A stretch of 64,000 nucleotides of DNA. Source: Takakia lepidozioides. Taxonomy: Eukaryota; Plantae; Bryophyta. Both the position numbers and the translations under genes were made by a program. Positions within the stretch are counted from its first letter, which is position 1; each line of letters begins with the position of its first letter. The stretch lies in NCBI GenBank assembly GCA_030704615.1, contig CM060732.1, positions 2,356,001 to 2,420,000 on the forward strand, given 5' to 3'. Below, piece by piece: positions 51,566 to 64,000 of the stretch. Under the pieces are notes generated by a model that was not told the origin of the DNA, ran no database searches, and was given only the letters and a program-made list of their open reading frames with translations.

Positions 51566-53404
51566 TTTTTTTTCTTGTTTTGTTTGTTCCCACCCCCCCG
51601 CGGAGAACCGAGTGCGTCAACGCACTCAATTTCTTCATGATCATGATTTCAGGATGATCATCGACGATAGTGTTGTGTAGGTCCGGATTTTCACCCTGGG
51701 TACCCGACGGGTTAGGGTAAGCGTTTTTTTTATTTGCGATTTTTCGCCATTTGGCCGCCTGAAAATCCCCTTGGCGAATGAAACAAAGGGAAAAAAAATG
51801 TCCAAATAAGGCAGTTTTCGCCAAAAACTGGGGGTCTAAAAAAGGTCCTCACCTGTGGACCCACGGGGGCAGCACAAATGTAGCCATGGCGGGCCCCATG
51901 CAGGATGATCTGACGGGCCAGATGAGGAGTGGGTTCAAGATTGTGGGGCCTCCTCCGTTTCCCAAGGAGATGCTCGTCGCCGGTCTTGCGAGAACTATAC
52001 ACCTCATTTGTACCAATTAGCCTATGGTTTTCACATAGAATGGAAAGAGTTCCATTCGTCCTATGGCTTTCAACTATTTCTGTACTTCACCTTCTATTGC
52101 TCATCAACATCCATTTGATTCGCAAAATATGGCAAGGGTGGAAATACATGTAGCCTACCAATTCGAGGAAAATTACCTAGAGTGGGCCACTTGCACTAGT
52201 CTACACCCAATATATATAGCCACTCCTACCCCTTTTCAAAATCCCAAAAAAAAACCCTGGTTTAGGGTCTGGGTTACCTATCCGGATCCGGACCCGTGCC
52301 ATCACCAAAAACTCGGACCTTGACCCGGGTTCATTTTTAAAATGAACTCGGTACCGAACCCGGACCCGGACCGGCCAGCTAGGTCCAAAACCCGTTAATC
52401 CAGCTACTCGCGGGGCAGAGTTGGTATAGCCATCTTTCATAGTTCACTAGTTGACTTTCTAGAGAGTTCTACTTTCTAGATAGTTCTACTATTGTCGGTG
52501 GGTTGAAAAACAACTCACTAGTGGGTGTGGCTGCTACAGGAGTATATTTATAAGAACAGTGACCAGAGAAGGTTGGGGCTTGGTGAGAGTGGGGCCAGGT
52601 GGGATCGCGGCTTGGGGCTCGTCTTCAAGGTGGAGCCCTTGGGGCTAGTGGAGGGTGGGACTAGCTGCGTGAAGTGCTTGGGGGTGGGAGTGCTTGGGGT
52701 TGACGACGTAGGGCTGGGGGGATTGGGTCGATCGTCGTGCTTCTAAAGGGGACTCAATATTGTCGTGTTTGCTGTATATTGCCGTGTTTGTTGTGTTTGG
52801 AAGTTTTGCCGTGTTCACCTCTTTTTCCAAAATATACGCTTCCACGGTAACAGAACCCCCTCTAAACATTGTCCTCCGTTATAGGACTTTCTTCTCCCTC
52901 CTCTAAACCCTGGGCTCATGGTTAACAAGCGTGAGCCTAGGCTCACGCTTAGAGGGCAAAGCGTGAGCTGAGCTCCTGGGCTCACGCGGCTAGGCTCACG
53001 CCGTAGCTACGTCCTGTAATGTCAAATATGGTTCTATAGAATAGGTAGGGTACTGGTGTGGTTTTCAATCTCTTTGCTCCAGACCTAAGGCTTCCAAGTG
53101 TTTTCCCTTGTTGACAGGGGAGGCACTTCTTCAATGTGTCTCTTATCTCCTGAGTGCGATTGTGCCAGAAGAAGCGTTTGCACACTTTAACTTGCATTCT
53201 GTGTACCCCAAAGTGACCCAAGGTTTGGTGGATCCCTTCTATGATACCCAATCGTTCTTTCTTCTCGGGTACATGCTTGCCTTTGTATAAAATCTTTCCT
53301 TCCCAATATATATAGCCTCTGGCTCTTTTCAGCACCCATTTTCTCTCATTTAGGTCAAGGTAGTCGTTGACAGAGCCAAACGTAAGGTAATGCATTACCT
53401 GCAC
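49797..53404 (-). mobile_element. Another Ty3/Gypsy integrase remnant, split by the Mutator-like element
   Basis: IHQTLGH..CLPC, FDIT|..NKYVLMAID, TDQG, SNGMVER, WEGPY. The reading frame rejoins across the TSD. Confidence 0.85.
50661..53014. mobile_element. Non-autonomous Mutator-like element, copy 2 (opposite orientation to copy 1)
   Basis: 10-bp TSD TGTAATGTCA (50651-50660 and 53015-53024); imperfect TIRs sharing GTGAGCCTAGCC..GAGCCCAGGAG; internal hairpin repeats and CCCTAA tracts. Confidence 0.88.
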
Positions 53405-54648
53405 ATCGTCCCTGATGTCTGGTGTTGTCTCTTCACGAACAATTGGTGTGTATTTTCATCACCTTCTCTTTTGTCATATTCGTTCCCTACCTTTTGAATG
53501 AGCTCCACCTGTTCTCTTTTTGTCATGGGTCTCACTCTTTTCTGCTCAATTTTCTCTTAGGGAAGGGTTCACCAGCTGCAAGCTTTTGTCAAGGCTCTGA
53601 GAATGAGATCAAGACCTTGTGGGAGTGCAGCTAGTAGAGAAACAAGTTGATGAAAGCAGCAACATGGAAGCAGAGTGGATCCAGGTTGACTATGACAAAC
53701 CTGAGATCATCAAGCAAGGCATCGGAAGGCCCAAACGAGGAACACTATGCAAGATCTGCAATGACATGAGGCACAATCATCACACACCAGCCCAACATGG
53801 GTCTTGGCAAGCTCACAGCAATGCTGAAACAATCACACAAGCAAAAGAAGAGGGAGGATGTATGGAGTACCTTTTGCAGTGATCAATGAGTATGTGGGAG
53901 GAAAAGAGGCTCACCCACTGCCAAGCACGGAGTATATGATGCAGCCAACAACACAAGTATCATGTCATTTCACTGATACTGAGCTCGAGGCACTAAATGA
54001 GCTGGAGGAGATATACCATAAGTGGTCACACTTCAAGAAAACTGCAGCAGCACCCCACATCAACATGTTGACCAGGGGGAGTGCGAAAAATGCCAAAATA
54101 GGGGATGGGGTACCTATTCTGTAGAAAACCAGCCAAGATGTCAATGATTTAGGGCACAAGCACGATTTTGATAAAGAAGAGTGCATTGGCATGGACAACA
54201 TCTGCAGCTCAGCAGGGTTTGAACGCCAACCGGAAATATTCATGGAGGGGTATGACAAAAGCCAGGAAGAAGCTAAGACCTAGAGTCTTAATGCATTCAC
54301 TGAAGACTGGGCAGACCAACAGATAGGAAGGGAGGGGGAAGAGGAGAGGGAGACACTGGCTTTGGAGGACCCTTGCGAGGTCCGTCGCCTGAACGGACAA
54401 TGAGGAGTTGGAGTGTATTCTCTTTCATCACCTTCTCCTTTGTCATATTCGTTCTCTACCTTTTGAATGAGCTCCAGCTGTTCTCTTTTTGTCATGGGTC
54501 TCACCCTTTTCTGCTCAATTTTCTCACTTAGCTCATATGGTTAAGCGTACGAACGTGCTGACGGAGGATTGCAAGAGCCCTGGGCCCGCCCACCCCACGG
54601 GGTCACGATATCTTATCTGAACAATGGTCACGAGCTAATGAGAAGAGA

Positions 54649-55030
54649 ATGAAGAACTCGACCTTTGCTTTCCGGAAGGATGGATTGTTGATTGACCCGA
54701 ACTGCGACCCCATCGATTACGACGTCATGTTCAACACATTTCCCACGGAACTCCTCCCTCATAGCCTCATTTCAATGGACCCCCTGTGGTATTCACGGAT
54801 TCGGAGCCCTGCCTTCATCCAGACAATTTATGGAGGCATGCACTGACCTGGATGGCAGAGTGCTGGACCTCATTTGTGGAACAGGTATGCAGATTTTGGT
54901 ACTATGTTGTTCTGTGAATTTTCATTATGTTCAAATTCTGCATTTCTGAAGGGCCATGTTTTAATGAGTGGATGCCATTCTCACAGGTGCCTCAATGTGG
55001 GCTGGGCGGTTTTCCGACCGGATAGAGATT
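54649..55030 (+). pseudogene. Possible C-terminal fragment of an amino (N4C/N6A)-type DNA methyltransferase
   Basis: ..RSPAFI(RQ)FMEACTDLDGRVLDLICGT|GASMWAGRFSDR across a putative GT-AG intron at 54885-54986. Resembles the SAM-binding end of beta-class MTases. One frameshift. Confidence 0.45.
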
Positions 55031-56139
55031 GCAAGAAACAAGTTACTAGGTCCAGTCTAGGTGTCATGATGTTTTCCTGCTCTCGTTGCGGCTTCATGTA
55101 GCACCGAAACTAGGACTGACGGGTTGTGTGATCAAGAGGGAACTCAGGGAGGTCACTCTTTATATCTTTTAGGTATCACGTGCGAAAAAAGGTATTTTAT
55201 AGGGGGGTATTATTTTAATTTTGGTCTTTATCAGGATTCGGCCACCCTATATTTACATAAATTTATAAAATGATATATTTTCTAGCAGGCTATATTAATT
55301 ATAATTTGCTGATGCTAGCAAATTTTAGGCACGCTATATCAAAATAATAAAATAATAAACATTTTTTCCAATAATTTTTTTTATTACTTGGTCGAAACAA
55401 ATTCGTCCAAAGATTGGGCATCAATAGCATTCAAGCTATAAACATTCTAAGCTTTCGCAAAAGTCATAGTAACCGACTAATAATTGAATCTATGTCTATC
55501 CATTTACTATCTGTTGCATCATACTTGAATTTAAGGTGCCCCCTGGATTTCGAGAAATAGTTTAAGAGGACCATTAAACATCAGGAAGAATACCAACAGG
55601 AGCCAAAAGCCCATATTTGCAAACGGACAAACTTCTTCACATCGCCACCTGAATGGATTCTAGAGACTTAGCCTGGTTGGAGTTATCGATGGCGAGCATC
55701 AGCGAGGAAAAGCTGGGCATCAGGAGGTGGGAGCAGGACGCAGCAGCGAGGAGGACGAGGAGCGCATCAGCGGGGAAGTGAGGACGATAGGGCTTAGTGC
55801 ATGAGGCGGAGAAAAAAAACGACGCTTCAAAGATATTTGATTTTGCGATGTCGCGGTGGGCAGATAGAGCCCTTACCTACATACAAACATCTGTATACAT
55901 GATAGTCCACCTGATAAACCAGTAATTAGATGACACGTGTCCCAGGTATTTATCAGGACCCTATTGGTAGTTGTAAAATAAAATAACTTCTATATTTCAC
56001 ACCCTATATTTAATTTAAATTTTGAAACCAGGATTTATTGGTACCCATATTTATTTGTAATTGTTCTATAAATTTTATCTACCAAGAATATATTGTACCC
56101 TATATTTTTTTGCACGTATCTCCGGAATATTTGGAAGTG

Positions 56140-59100
56140 GCCTCCCCGGGAGAGGGAAATGCTAGATCCATCCTGGTGGGTGTGAAACAGGGCCCCCGTT
56201 TTTACTTTACAGTGTCTTTCGTTCTGGTTAATGCCTTGCTCTGAACACCTGGCCCATCAAAGTGATCAGGCTCAGCCCAAACCCCCGGAAGAGTAATACC
56301 GCTGTTGAGTAGCGATTCTTCGTCCAAGAGAGCCATGATATTAGTGTTGGAAGAAAGGTCTTGACGCAAACCAGGGAAGGCCTCTACGTAGGAGCCCCAA
56401 GTGACATAAGAGTGAGATATAAGAGAGTAGAGAGGGAGGTTGGATTTGAGATAAGCTTGAATTTTGTTGTATAAGGTAGGAATGGGGGTACTGTCCATCG
56501 GGCTCTTGGATGAATATCCTGCACAGAGATCCAGAATGAGTCGAAGCTCATATTATCACGAGCTGCGACGAGGAATGCTGGATTAGGCTTCCTCCGGTAG
56601 ATCATTGGGGTAAGACAAGTAGCTGTACTAGATCCCCCCTGGAAATGAGTTGTGAACAACCCCTGAGAGCCAGCGTGGGGAATGAGCCGAGTGTAGCACA
56701 AATTTTAGCAATCATTGGGTTGTGCGCAACTGGGGAGGGGCGTGGAACTAGTTTGGGAGCCTGTTCCATTGTGGGCAAGCTTTCCCTTTGTTTTTTCCCT
56801 ATTCCAATTCCTAGCTGATGATCCGGGGGGTTGGAAGAGGGGTGGGTGCTGAAGGAACTGCAATGGAAGATGTGCCTTGAGAATGTCGGTCGATGAAGAG
56901 CCTTGGATGCTTGCCGCTTCAAATTCCAAGTTGATTGGACCCTTGCCTCTCTGTGATTTGGTAGCTGATGTTGAGGTTGCTTCAATGATCATGGGGTCCA
57001 GGATTTCTCTCCTTTTCTTGGCTGGAGGGGAGGATGAAATATATTTGACCGCAGAGTCCCAAGCTTGGCAGCATGAATCATGGACAGGCAACAGGCTGGC
57101 ATTCTCCAAAGGCAGCTGAGAGATTGAGAGAAGCCTCTAGGCGAATGAGAGGATCTTCAGGGTGAGGTACTGGGATAGGAGCAAGATTTTGAATAATTGA
57201 TGTATTCTAGGCGCAGCCTGAAGATTGTTCATTCTCTTCCTTTTCACCTTTGGGCATTCTGCCTTGAGGTGTCCAGATCTCCCACAATAATAACAGGCCG
57301 AGACAGCTGTGTCCTCGGACACTTTAACAGAGAAATAATTACCTTGATTATCGATAGGCAGCTTCATGGATTCAGGTAATACCTTGTCATCAAGCCTCGT
57401 CACTACAATCTTTAGAGCGACGCAACGGCGTGAGCGGTAAACGCACGCTCACGTGGGGCTGACGTGGCATGAGCCCACGCTCAGGCCACGTCAGCGTGAA
57501 CGGATGCCACGTCAGCACAAGCGAAGGCCATGTCAGCAAATGCCACAGGACGGACGGTCGAAGAAAGAGTACCTATTCCAGCTGGACCTATAACCGTGGG
57601 AATAGGCATGTAAAGTATGATGAAATTAGACACCATTATGAAAAAAAGAGCACGTGGCTTCAATGAATAGGTAGGACTGTCAACTGGTGACCTATGCTAC
57701 ATACTGCAAACAAGACGATACCACTTTCAGCGGCAATTGCCAAAAAAAAAACCAAAAAAATATCCCCTGAAAGTGGCATCTGCGGGCAAAAGAACCCCCA
57801 AAAGAACCCTAAAATAAAACCCCTGAAAGTGGTGTGTGGTGCCGCACACCACTTTCAGTAGCAACTAAGGAAAAAAAAACCCCTGAAGGTGCCCCACAGG
57901 TTCCAGTGGCACCGCACACTAAAGAAAACCCTAAAGAAAACCTAAAAAACCCTTAAAATCCTAAAAAAAAAAATCCCCTGAAAGTGGTGTGCGACACCGC
58001 ACACCACTTTCAGTGGCATCTGCGGGGAAAATAAAACCCCCCTAAGAACCCCCTAAGAAAACCCTAAAAACCCTAAAGACTCGAAAAAACAAGAAAAAAC
58101 TTCAGTGGCATCTGCGGGGAAAAAAACCCTACAAACCCTAAAGAAACCCTAATTACCATCTTCATTGTGCCCACTGTCAATATCGCAGCAATCGGTTGGA
58201 TCCTTGACAAGTGTGCTCTTCATATGACCTTATCACTGGCATGCCTACAGAGACATCCTGCCCGCGGTTATGGGTGTCATCCGCGGAATTGCGTACAGTA
58301 CCTTTTTGCAAAATCCTGGGGCAACACCGCTCACGTGAACACAGGCTGACCGCTCACAATCTAGCATCCCTCCAATCTTTACAAATCTGAACCCTTGAGG
58401 AAATGGTTGCCCCCCTCCAAGCTGTCTCAAAGAGGCCGTGCACATATGGGGTCGAAGACCGCAAGGCATCCCAAATATGCCCCGAAAAAATCCCCAATTT
58501 ATAGAAGGCTGAATAGGTATTGGTCGAGAATTTATGGAAGCGATATGATCCGAGGGCTCCAAATCATGCCATTCCTGTTACCCATGCATTTGGACCAGGG
58601 GAATATATTGACGTTAAACCCATGCAGATGAGGATTGAATGCGAGGGTCTTCTCAGCTACTTCTTTGGAGTCAAAAAGGATGGAGAAGAATCCGCGACCT
58701 CTGGCGTGGCAGAATGCTGCTGCAGGTCTCCCGATCCCCCCAAATGACAATAGCCCAGTCACGCGCGTAGTTCCTATCCACGCTCTTGCCCGGGAAATGC
58801 TGAAGGACCCATTTGTTTTTTATTTGAGCTCCTTCTGAGCTACATCAGATTCGATCTGGTAAGCTCAATTGGAACTAGCGGGTGATCTCTACTCATTGCT
58901 AGCTACAGGGCACTTGTGTCGTTGAGAGACTCTTCCGAGAGATCAGTGGGCGGGCTATCTGGAAGAGATGTCTCGAAACTAGAAGCCCCTCCAACATCTG
59001 ATCCGTGAATCGGGGGCAGAGAGGAGTTGCCCAAGGAGCTCAGGGTTGGGGAACGAGACACCTGAGAAGGACCTTGGGAGATGAGGCCCATCGAATGGGC

Positions 59101-59400
59101 TTAATGCGCTATGAAGAATCTAGTATCTGTTGATGCATGGAGGCGACGGGGATCTGCAAACCTGGAGGGGCCTGACCGTGAGGGAGCCGAATTGAAGGCT
59201 TTGTTGAGAAGGGGCGCCATAGAGAAGATAGGAACAGACAGAACTAGGAAGAAAAGAAGAAGGGGAGCCAGAGGAAGCCAAGGAGAGAGGCGATGAAGAG
59301 CAGGAAGGAGAAGATGCAGGGGAGCTAAAACTGGCTGAAACGAGCTTAAGTGAGAGGAAGACAACTGAGAAACAAGGGGATAGCGTGTGTCACCCCGAAG
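56140..59400 (-). mobile_element. L1-like LINE ORF1 remnant, interrupted by Mutator-like copy 3
   Basis: RGRGFFSILF (RRM-like) and CYYCGRSGHLKAEC knuckle. The frame FRFVKI|VVTRLDD rejoins across the TSD. Confidence 0.7.
57415..58372. mobile_element. Non-autonomous Mutator-like element, copy 3
   Basis: 9-bp TSD CAATCTTTA (57406-57414 and 58373-58381); termini GAGCGACGCAACGGCGTGAG and CTCACAATCTAGCATCCCTC are related to copies 1 and 2. Confidence 0.85.
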
Positions 59401-59744
59401 CTGATCAGCTGAAGCAGCGATAGCAGCGGGGGAAGGCTGGGGGGTAGAATTAGTGAAGGTGGCGGCTACCCGGTGGCTGAAGCCAGAGATTGCCAGTGAT
59501 CATTACTTAGATGGCAGAAGCGAGGAGATCATTGGTTTAGGATGGTGTAACCAAGGAAATTAGGGGAAGGGTCTTATGAGCTTGGCGGCTGTGCATCAAG
59601 GAGAGTTTATGAGAAGTGACATGAGGAACAGGCAGCCAAGCATGCCGCAAGGATGAATAAGAATCGGACCAGCAACCGAGAGCCGTTTGCTTGGGAGGGC
59701 AACTAAAAATAATGATCACAAAATGAAAACACAAAAATATAAAA

Positions 59745-59951
59745 ATACAGCCGCTGCCGTGGATGAAAATTGAAAATTGAGTCCATGGATGACCTTTTAA
59801 ATGAAAACTCAGCCGCTGCCATGGATGCAAATTGAAAACTGAGTCCATAGATGACCTTTTAAATGGATGTCATTTTTAGATTTGTTTTCTATTTTAGATT
59901 TGTTTCTAATTTAAATTCAAGTTCTAGCGACGACCGAAGGTCGGAAGCTAG
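59745..59951 (+). repeat. About 60-bp tandem duplication followed by a hairpin + CTAG (possible Helitron-like 3' end)
   Basis: CAGCCGCTGCC..GATGACCTTTTAAATG x2; CGACC-GAA-GGTCG then GAAGCTAG|T. Confidence 0.35.
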
Positions 59952-61133
59952 TTTAGCGTAGAGCAGGAAGGGGGTGCCATAGTGCCATGTCATCGTAGCC
60001 AGGTCATCGTAGCCAGGTCATCATCGTCGTCAATTTCTTTGGAATCTGCCCGGACGGCCTGCGCGAAATAGGCCAATAGAAATCGCCGCACCAACTTTTT
60101 CGGAACTACTGCAATGCCCGGATCTTGATCTTCTTGAACTACAGGAGCTCTGCCGCCATAGTTCACCTTGCAAGCTGCAAGCTCTCAACGAATTGAGGAA
60201 ATCCATGCTGAGGTAGATTGTAGCCCTGCGTTGTCTTTTACGTTCCTGTCGTCTCTCACTGTCACCCGTTCCTACATTTTCCCAACGGACCCATATCCCA
60301 AAATGCACATATTGGCCCTCACATGCATCAGGTCTTGCAACGGCGGCGGAGGATGAGGGTTCATCTGCAGGAGCTTCGTCCTGGATGTAGAGGCTGAAGA
60401 GTGTGTTCAAGAGCAAGACACCTTCATCAGATTCTTCCCAATCGGATACTTCTAAAGAAAAGTCTGTGTCTCAGCATGACCTTACAATGGAAAGTGAGTG
60501 CCATTCTACTGTGTCGCTAGGTGCTCTGCTATAGATTCAACAATCTAATATCATAAAAGGCCCTCACTTGCACAATGTGACTGCTGGGAGTTGATCAGTA
60601 TGAACCGTTGGATCACTTTGTTTATTTATTGCAAAGGACACTTCACGAATTTCTTAGCTGAATGAAATGATGGTGCAGACAAGTCTGCTCCTGGTACCAG
60701 TTTGGCTTATAGGAGATAATGGCGGATATGCTTCTTCCAGCAACATGCGACTGCAGGAAGGAACCCAGTAGGTGTAAATTGGAGACTGAAGAGACAATAC
60801 CCTAAAGCCTAGATTGGGCCTGCATTACGATGATTCGCAATATAGGACACCAGCATAACAGAGGGGGGGATGTGGAAACTGGCCGATGGTTTCCGCCGGG
60901 AATGTAAGTCTTTCGTGGGAAGAGTAACAGTGATCAAACAAGCAAGTTATGTCTTCTTTCAATGAGTGCTTGAAGACCCCAGATTGAGAGCCCAATCCTA
61001 TAGTTTGCAGCCACGGCGGTCAGAGGTTGGAAATTAGCCCAATAACCGGTTTAGTACAAGTATGTACTCGATTTGTGAATCTTTCTTTGAAATCTGGCTC
61101 TGCCTCTCAATAGATTTTCTTTGTGTTGTACAG

Positions 61134-62322
61134 ATTTTGCAGATGAGTTGAAGAAGGCACGCCAGTTTGGAAGTCTAATGACATTTGGACGCGGCCTGCC
61201 CAGAGGGGGTGAAGTATCAGCTGTAAAATCCTTTGAGAGACAGGAGGGGATTCTTCGATCCCTAGCCCGACATGACCCTCTGGTATGCTTTTTCATTACA
61301 TCTGAATTTGGTTGCTACAGGAAAGTCTGTTTCAATGTTTAATGAGAGCACCAACCTTCAGAAGTGGTAAACAGTTAAAGAGGGCCGCATACTGGACGGC
61401 CGGGCTTGCAGGTGAGCACACGATGTCTTCAAAAAGTAAGCAAGGGGCATCGGGCTGGGCATGGTGTGGGTCCAGTGAGTTGGAGAGCTACACAAGACTG
61501 AGGTGACAACGGAGTGGGGGTGCACTGTGCGTGATGTTGATGCCGTACTGGCAAAGTACGAGTGGGCAAAGGAGGCAAACAGGCGTGTGATGAAGCTTAA
61601 GGAGGAAGGCAAGCCGCTTCCCAAGTCTCTTGGCAAGGTTAGTCTCCCGTGTTTGCTGCCTAAGAGCTCTTGTATGTTTTTGTTATGCTCTGGCAGCGCA
61701 TTCTCTTCTCAAAATCTCTCCTCCCGCTGTCTCACCAATGGCTTTCCACTGTTTGCCTGTTTCCTACCATCTTTTAATACCTTGAATGATGAAATATATT
61801 TGTCCCTATACCTTGAATATAAGGTGGCCATAGCTAGGAGATGAAGGGTCTGGCCTGAGGTTGACACCATGGATTTGTTGGTTGGTGAAGGTGGAAGAGT
61901 TGATGGGGGGTCGCTGGAATGCGGCAGCATCTGTGAATCTTGCAAAAAGTGGACAATTGAGTCGAAATGTTGCTTGTCCATGCGGCTTTGGAAAGAAGTA
62001 CAAGAGGTGGGTTCTCGCTCTTTTCACAGCTCCTCTCATCTCTCTGCCCCATTCCAATGGGAGTGTCGTAAGGCAGAGAGAAGCAATGTTTCTGGCTGTT
62101 TTATCTCACACTCATACTTAAACAGATGGATTTTGTGGCTAGATGAGTCAAATTTCAAACTTAAAGCAAAGCAAGTAGTACTATCAAACATCATGTAGCC
62201 TGGCAATAAGCTGGCCGTGAGGCATCTGTTGCTTGAACACTATCTTACAAGCCTATCCTTTACTAGACCATGACTGGTAAAAATCTGGGGAGTTCTGTTG
62301 CAGGTGTTGTGGGAAGTCATAA
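61134..62322 (+). CDS. SEC-C motif protein (At3g04950-like), 3' exons at about 61134-61282, 61480-61637, 61891-62006, 62304-62322; 5' exons and one junction unresolved, may be a pseudogene
   Basis: FADELKKAR..FERQEGILR; CTVRDVDAVLAKYEWAK..LKEEGKPLPK; NLAKSGQLSRNVACPCGFGKKYKR|CCGKS*. Confidence 0.7.
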
Positions 62323-62489
62323 GCTTGGACTTGAAACAGGGAAGTCATGCTGCACAAGCACGCACTTATGAAGAGTTTGTGCTCTGTTGTGAGGTCAGGT
62401 GGCCTCCTGCCCTTTTATCGTTTTGGTCACCTATTTTCACTCCAAAGAGACTTTGACAGATGCAATTGGGTCTTTACATCTTTACATCA

Positions 62490-64000
62490 GCACTTCCTCT
62501 GAGCAAATGATGTGCGAAGGGGTGAAGCCCAACCGCATAACGTTTGTTTGCATTGGCAATGCGTGTGCAAGCGTGGCAGCCCTGGAAAGGTGCAAAGAGG
62601 TCCATGGTGACATCGTCAAATCTGGAATTGTACCCGATGTCATTCTGAACACTGCCCTGCTGGACATGTATGTCAAATGTGAGTGCATCGAGGATGGAAA
62701 GGGAGTGTTCGATAGTATGGCTGAATGAGATGTGGTGTCGTGGAGTGCGACAATTGCAGGATATGCATAGCAAGTATGCGGGATGGAGGCTTTGGAGACC
62801 TATGAGCAATTGATGTGCGAAGGGGTGAAGCCCAACTGCAACACATTTGTTTGTGTTTGCAATGCGTGTGCAAGCCTAGGAGCTCTAGAAAAGGGGAAAG
62901 AGGTCCATGGTGACATCGTCAAAGCTGGATTTGTACCAGATGTCCTCCTGAACACTGCCCTGGTGGACATGTATGCCAAATGTGGGGCATGAAGGATGCG
63001 AAGGGAGTTTTCAAATGGCAAGATGTGGTGTCGTGGAACGCGATGCACAGCAGGGGCGTGGGATGGAGGCTTTGAGCAAATGATGGGGGAAGGGGTGAAG
63101 CCCGACCACATCACATTTGTGTGCGTTTGCAATGCGTGTGCAAGCCTGGCAGCCCTGGAAAAGGGCAAAGAGGTGCATGGTTGCATCGCCAAAGCTGGAA
63201 CTATACCAGGTGTGATCCTGAACACTGCCCTGGTGGACATGTATGCCAAATGTGGGAGCATTGAGGATGCAGAGGGAGTGATCAACAATATGGCTGAACG
63301 AGATTTGTTGTCGTGGAACGTGATGCTTGCAGGGTATGCACAGCAGGGCGTGGGATGGAGGACTTGGAGACCTATGAGCAAATGATGGGGGAAGGGGTGA
63401 AGCGCGACCACATCACGTTTGTGTGCGTTTGCAGTGCGTGTGCAAGCCTGGCAGCCCTGGAAAAGGGCAAAGAGGTGCATGGTTGCATCGCCAAAGCTGG
63501 AATTGTACAGATGTGATTCTGAACAATACTCTCGTGGACATGTATGCCAAATGTGGGAGCATTGAGGATGCGGAGGGAGTGTTCAACAATATGGCTGAAC
63601 GAGATTTGGTGTCATGGAACGCCATGCTTGCAGGGTATGCACAGCAGGGGCGCGGGATGGAGGCCTTGGATCATACCTATGAGCAAATGATGGGGGAAGG
63701 GGTGAAATGCAACCACATCACGTTTGTGAGCGTTTGCAATGCTTGTGCAAGCCTGGCAGCCTTGGAAAGGGGCAAAGAGGTCCATGATGGGGGAAGGGGG
63801 GAAGCCCGACCACATCACGTTTGTGTGCATTTGTAATGTGTGTGCAAGCCACATTCATTTGTGTTCTCAATGTTGGTGCCAGCATGGTGGCCCTGGAGAA
63901 GGGCAAAGATATCCATGCTGACATTATCAAAGCTGGAATTTCGTCATACATTAATTGGGAGATTGCCCTTGTTAACATGTATGCCAAATATGGGAGTGTA
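62490..64000 (+). pseudogene. Tandem array of highly similar PLS-class PPR triplets, frameshifted; continues beyond the window
   Basis: Unit of about 300 nt: [64 protein letters not shown]. Confidence 0.88.

Noticed and set aside
51080-51720. CRISPR-like repeat-spacer array
   Set aside because: Eukaryotic TE interior, spacers are homopolymers of irregular length, and there are no cas genes.
57401-57410. CACTACAA as a CACTA terminus
   Set aside because: It is LINE ORF1 coding sequence (KIVVT on the minus strand) overlapping the Mutator TSD.

Overview
Nuclear DNA from a land plant, probably a non-seed plant such as a bryophyte or lycophyte (inferred from gene and TE content). Host genes: a PBL27/PBS1-type RLCK-VII kinase (minus strand, 5 exons, with a tandem-duplicated first exon), a divergent 4-exon TPR membrane protein gene whose first intron holds a LINE, a partly resolved SEC-C-motif gene, and two disrupted PLS-class PPR arrays. 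Most of the rest is nested transposable elements: LINEs (RTE/RTEX-like, Dualen-like, L1-like ORF1), several Ty3/Gypsy remnants including a chromovirus, and three related Mutator-like insertions with 9-10 bp TSDs. The main feature is a near-intact Ty3/Gypsy element (about 23.7-33.0 kb). Its polyprotein reads Gag - protease - DNMT3-like cytosine-5 methyltransferase (conserved motifs in canonical order) - RT - RNase H - integrase - PHD finger, so it carries both an epigenetic writer and a chromatin reader. It is preceded by an intact orphan ORF and a tRNA-Asn PBS. Where the 5' LTR should be there is an intronless chimera of host gene pieces (GMP synthase + SUMO E2 SCE1 + a third gene). A possible remnant of a second, amino-type DNA methyltransferase lies at about 54.6-55.0 kb. 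All homology calls come from motif recognition by eye, not from database searches.
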